Of a DNA stretch of 64,000 bases, positions 63,245-64,000 are shown one piece after another. The position numbers and the translations under genes are program-made. A model generated the notes under the pieces. That model was not told the DNA's origin and did no database searches. It saw only the letters and a list, made by a program, of their open reading frames with translations. Each line of letters starts with the position of its first letter. The stretch's first letter is position 1. Source of the DNA: Oculina patagonica (taxonomy: Eukaryota); contig NC_135769.1 of assembly GCF_052425735.1 (NCBI RefSeq), forward strand, positions 18,352,001 to 18,416,000, written 5' to 3'.

Positions 63245-64000
63245 AGTGCCTATGAAATGAAAATCAAGTTGAACTCATATGAAAGACCTTTCAAAATGAA
63301 GAAAGATGGTGTTTTCCTTTTTCTGATATATTTTCTCGTTCCAGAGATATTAACGATTTTGTATTATGCAAATTAGATGACTGATGACGTCATAAGTTTG
63401 ACAGAAATTGGTGTAAAAACACAAAATCAGTGCTATCTCTGTAAATACTTAGGCAAAATAATTGAAACTTGGCAACAGTATTGTACCCCAAGAAATACAC
63501 CACATGTTGCATATTTTGGTGTTGCTATGGCAACAATCTCGGTTCCAGATCTCTTTCATGTGGATATAGCAATCCCGGGTTTTGATCCATTCCAAACCTT
63601 ATCCCCCATCTTTAGGGTCATTTGGGTGCCTAGCGCAATGAGCACATTACGTATGTATGGAATGACACCATTTACTTCTCACTGTAAAGCCATAAATCGT
63701 GATATTTGATTCAAAGAAGAAAAAGACTGGGACCAAAAATGTTGCCATAGCAACATAATTATATGTACCATGTGGTGTATTTCTTAGGGTACAATACTGG
63801 TGCCAAGTTTCAATTACTTTGCTTTAGTATTTACAGAGATATTACTGATTTTGTGTTTTTACACCAATTTCTGTCAAACTTATGATGTCATCAGTTATCT
63901 AATTTGCATAATACAAAATCGTTAATATCTCTGGAACGAGAAAAGATATCAGAAAAATGAAAACACCATCTTTCTTCATTTTGAAAGGCCTTTCATATGA
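63245..64000. mobile_element. Kolobok-like palindromic element (runs off window end)
   Basis: Starts TTAA|AGTGCC; 63275-63400 pairs with 63880-64000 as inverted repeats. Confidence 0.65.

Overview
Eukaryotic (animal) genomic DNA. The repeat repertoire resembles a stony coral or other anthozoan, which is an inference. A 22-exon exportin-6 (XPO6) gene on the minus strand (ATG 62340, stop 17790, ~1158 aa after manual splicing) spans most of the window, and its introns are packed with transposons. Intron 3 holds a complete 9.2-kb AcademH-type DNA transposon (48432-57627) with a perfect 9-bp TSD and short hairpin-forming TIRs. It carries two convergent spliced ORFs that both appear intact, a ~1130-aa Academ DDE transposase and a ~587-aa RecQ-like helicase, plus two extra TIR copies hidden in its own introns. 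Intron 8 holds a 10.25-kb TTAA-flanked foldback element with ~1.9-kb near-identical arms. One arm is interrupted by a 5'-truncated Ty3/Gypsy element whose RT-RNaseH-integrase ORF is still open and which has an atypical LTR. The last intron holds a second, decayed AcademH-like element with ~610-bp TIRs and a 9-bp TSD, nested in a TA-flanked element. The first 17 kb is intergenic and contains MITEs, hAT-like elements and a ~176-bp tandem array. There are two assembly gaps. All calls come from manual reading; no database searches were run.
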